64,000 nucleotides of DNA from Oscillospiraceae bacterium (GTDB taxonomy: Bacteria > Bacillota > Clostridia > Oscillospirales > Oscillospiraceae). Positions 63,265 through 64,000 of the stretch are shown in pieces (position 1 is the first letter of the stretch; each line of letters starts with the position of its first letter). Location: the NCBI GenBank assembly GCA_017547505.1, contig JAFYPO010000038.1:1-64000 (forward strand). The letters are read 5' to 3'. Position numbers and translations under genes: made by a program. The notes under the pieces are model-generated. The model did no database searches. It had not been told where the DNA came from and was given only the letters and a program-made list of their open reading frames with translations.

Positions 63265-64000
63265 ATGAATCAAACTGTAACACCCCGCCGCCCGGCAAAG
63301 CGGCGCCGCAAGAGTACCTTCCTGCGGGTTATGAAGGAGCTTCTGTGCAATCCCCTGTCGGCGGTTTGCCTGATGATCGTATTTTCCCTGATCCTGGTCA
63401 TGATCTTCGCGGACCGGATCGTCCCTTATGAGCTGGGCATCAAGCTCAACGGCGCCACCAAACTGCTGAAGCCCTGTGCGGAGCATATTTTCGGCTGCGA
63501 CAATCTGGGCCGGGATATGTTCTCCCGGATGGTTCACGGTACCCGCACCTCCATGTCCATGGGCCTGGGCGTCACGGCGGTGGTCATCCTTGCCGGTACG
63601 ATCCTGGGCGCTCTGTGCGCCTACTATGGCGGCGTGCTGGACATGGTGGTCATGCGCATCTGCGATCTGTTTCTGTGCATCCCGGGTATCCTGATGGCCC
63701 TGGCTCTGGTGGCCGCATTGGGCCCCGGACGGAAAAATCTGCTGATCGCCATCGGCATTTCCAGCATCCCCGGCGTGACCCGTCAGTTCCGGGCTTTGAT
63801 GCTGAATGTGATCTCCAATGACTATATCACCGCCGCCCGGGCTGCCGGCGCGAAGGATTTTTACATCATCCGCAAGCATGTGCTGCCCAATGTGATGGCC
63901 TACATCGTGCTCACCGCCACCAGCTCCATTGCCGGTATGATCATGCAGATCTCCGGCCTGAGCTACATCGGCATGGGCATCCAGCACCCGGAGCCGGAAT
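63265..64000 (+). CDS. oppC: Peptide/nickel ABC permease (OppC/DppC), runs off the window end
   Basis: H.FG.D.LGRD.FSR...G.R.S, DY..AARA.GA, HVLPN, LSY.G.G...P.PE. Confidence 0.9.
   Translation, partial: MNQTVTPRRPAKRRRKSTFLRVMKELLCNPLSAVCLMIVFSLILVMIFADRIVPYELGIKLNGATKLLKPCAEHIFGCDNLGRDMFSRMVHGTRTSMSMGLGVTAVVILAGTILGALCAYYGGVLDMVVMRICDLFLCIPGILMALALVAALGPGRKNLLIAIGISSIPGVTRQFRALMLNVISNDYITAARAAGAKDFYIIRKHVLPNVMAYIVLTATSSIAGMIMQISGLSYIGMGIQHPEPE

Noticed and set aside
60217-63987. Long minus-strand ORFs (657 aa and 564 aa)
   Set aside because: Antisense shadows of GC-biased ABC genes; no motifs recognised

Overview
Most of this window (about 1271-59504) is an apparently complete temperate siphophage prophage of a Clostridia-type Firmicute, lying mainly on the minus strand. 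Read right to left it has an IrrE/ImmA-HTH immunity region, a sigma-like regulator, PolA/primase-helicase replication genes, a RinA-like activator and HNH/terminase packaging genes. These are followed by a MetK plus methyltransferase block, HK97-type head genes, a non-contractile tail, holin/amidase, and a terminal cassette of three large serine recombinases. A divergent plus-strand, AT-richer defence operon sits at its right end: two C5 methyltransferases, a double-AAA McrB, McrC, GmrSD, a zinc-ribbon-repeat nuclease and a macro-domain protein. The ends are defined by a 17-bp subterminal inverted repeat and AGGGGGTTCA boxes. The left end abuts a decapitated fourth recombinase gene and the right end abuts a 3' half of tRNA-Pro. 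Outside the prophage are a partial metallophosphoesterase (left) and a GC-richer peptide ABC operon whose binding lipoprotein carries a fused rhodanese domain (right). Notable hidden features are a nested alternate-frame beta subunit and about nine TL modules in the phage methyltransferase, an internal McrB start, ATA/ATC start codons, a -1 frameshift, repeated promoter motifs and an alternative-pairing leader over the sigma gene RBS. All family calls come from motif recognition by eye, not database searches. No CRISPR array, rRNA or intact tRNA was found.
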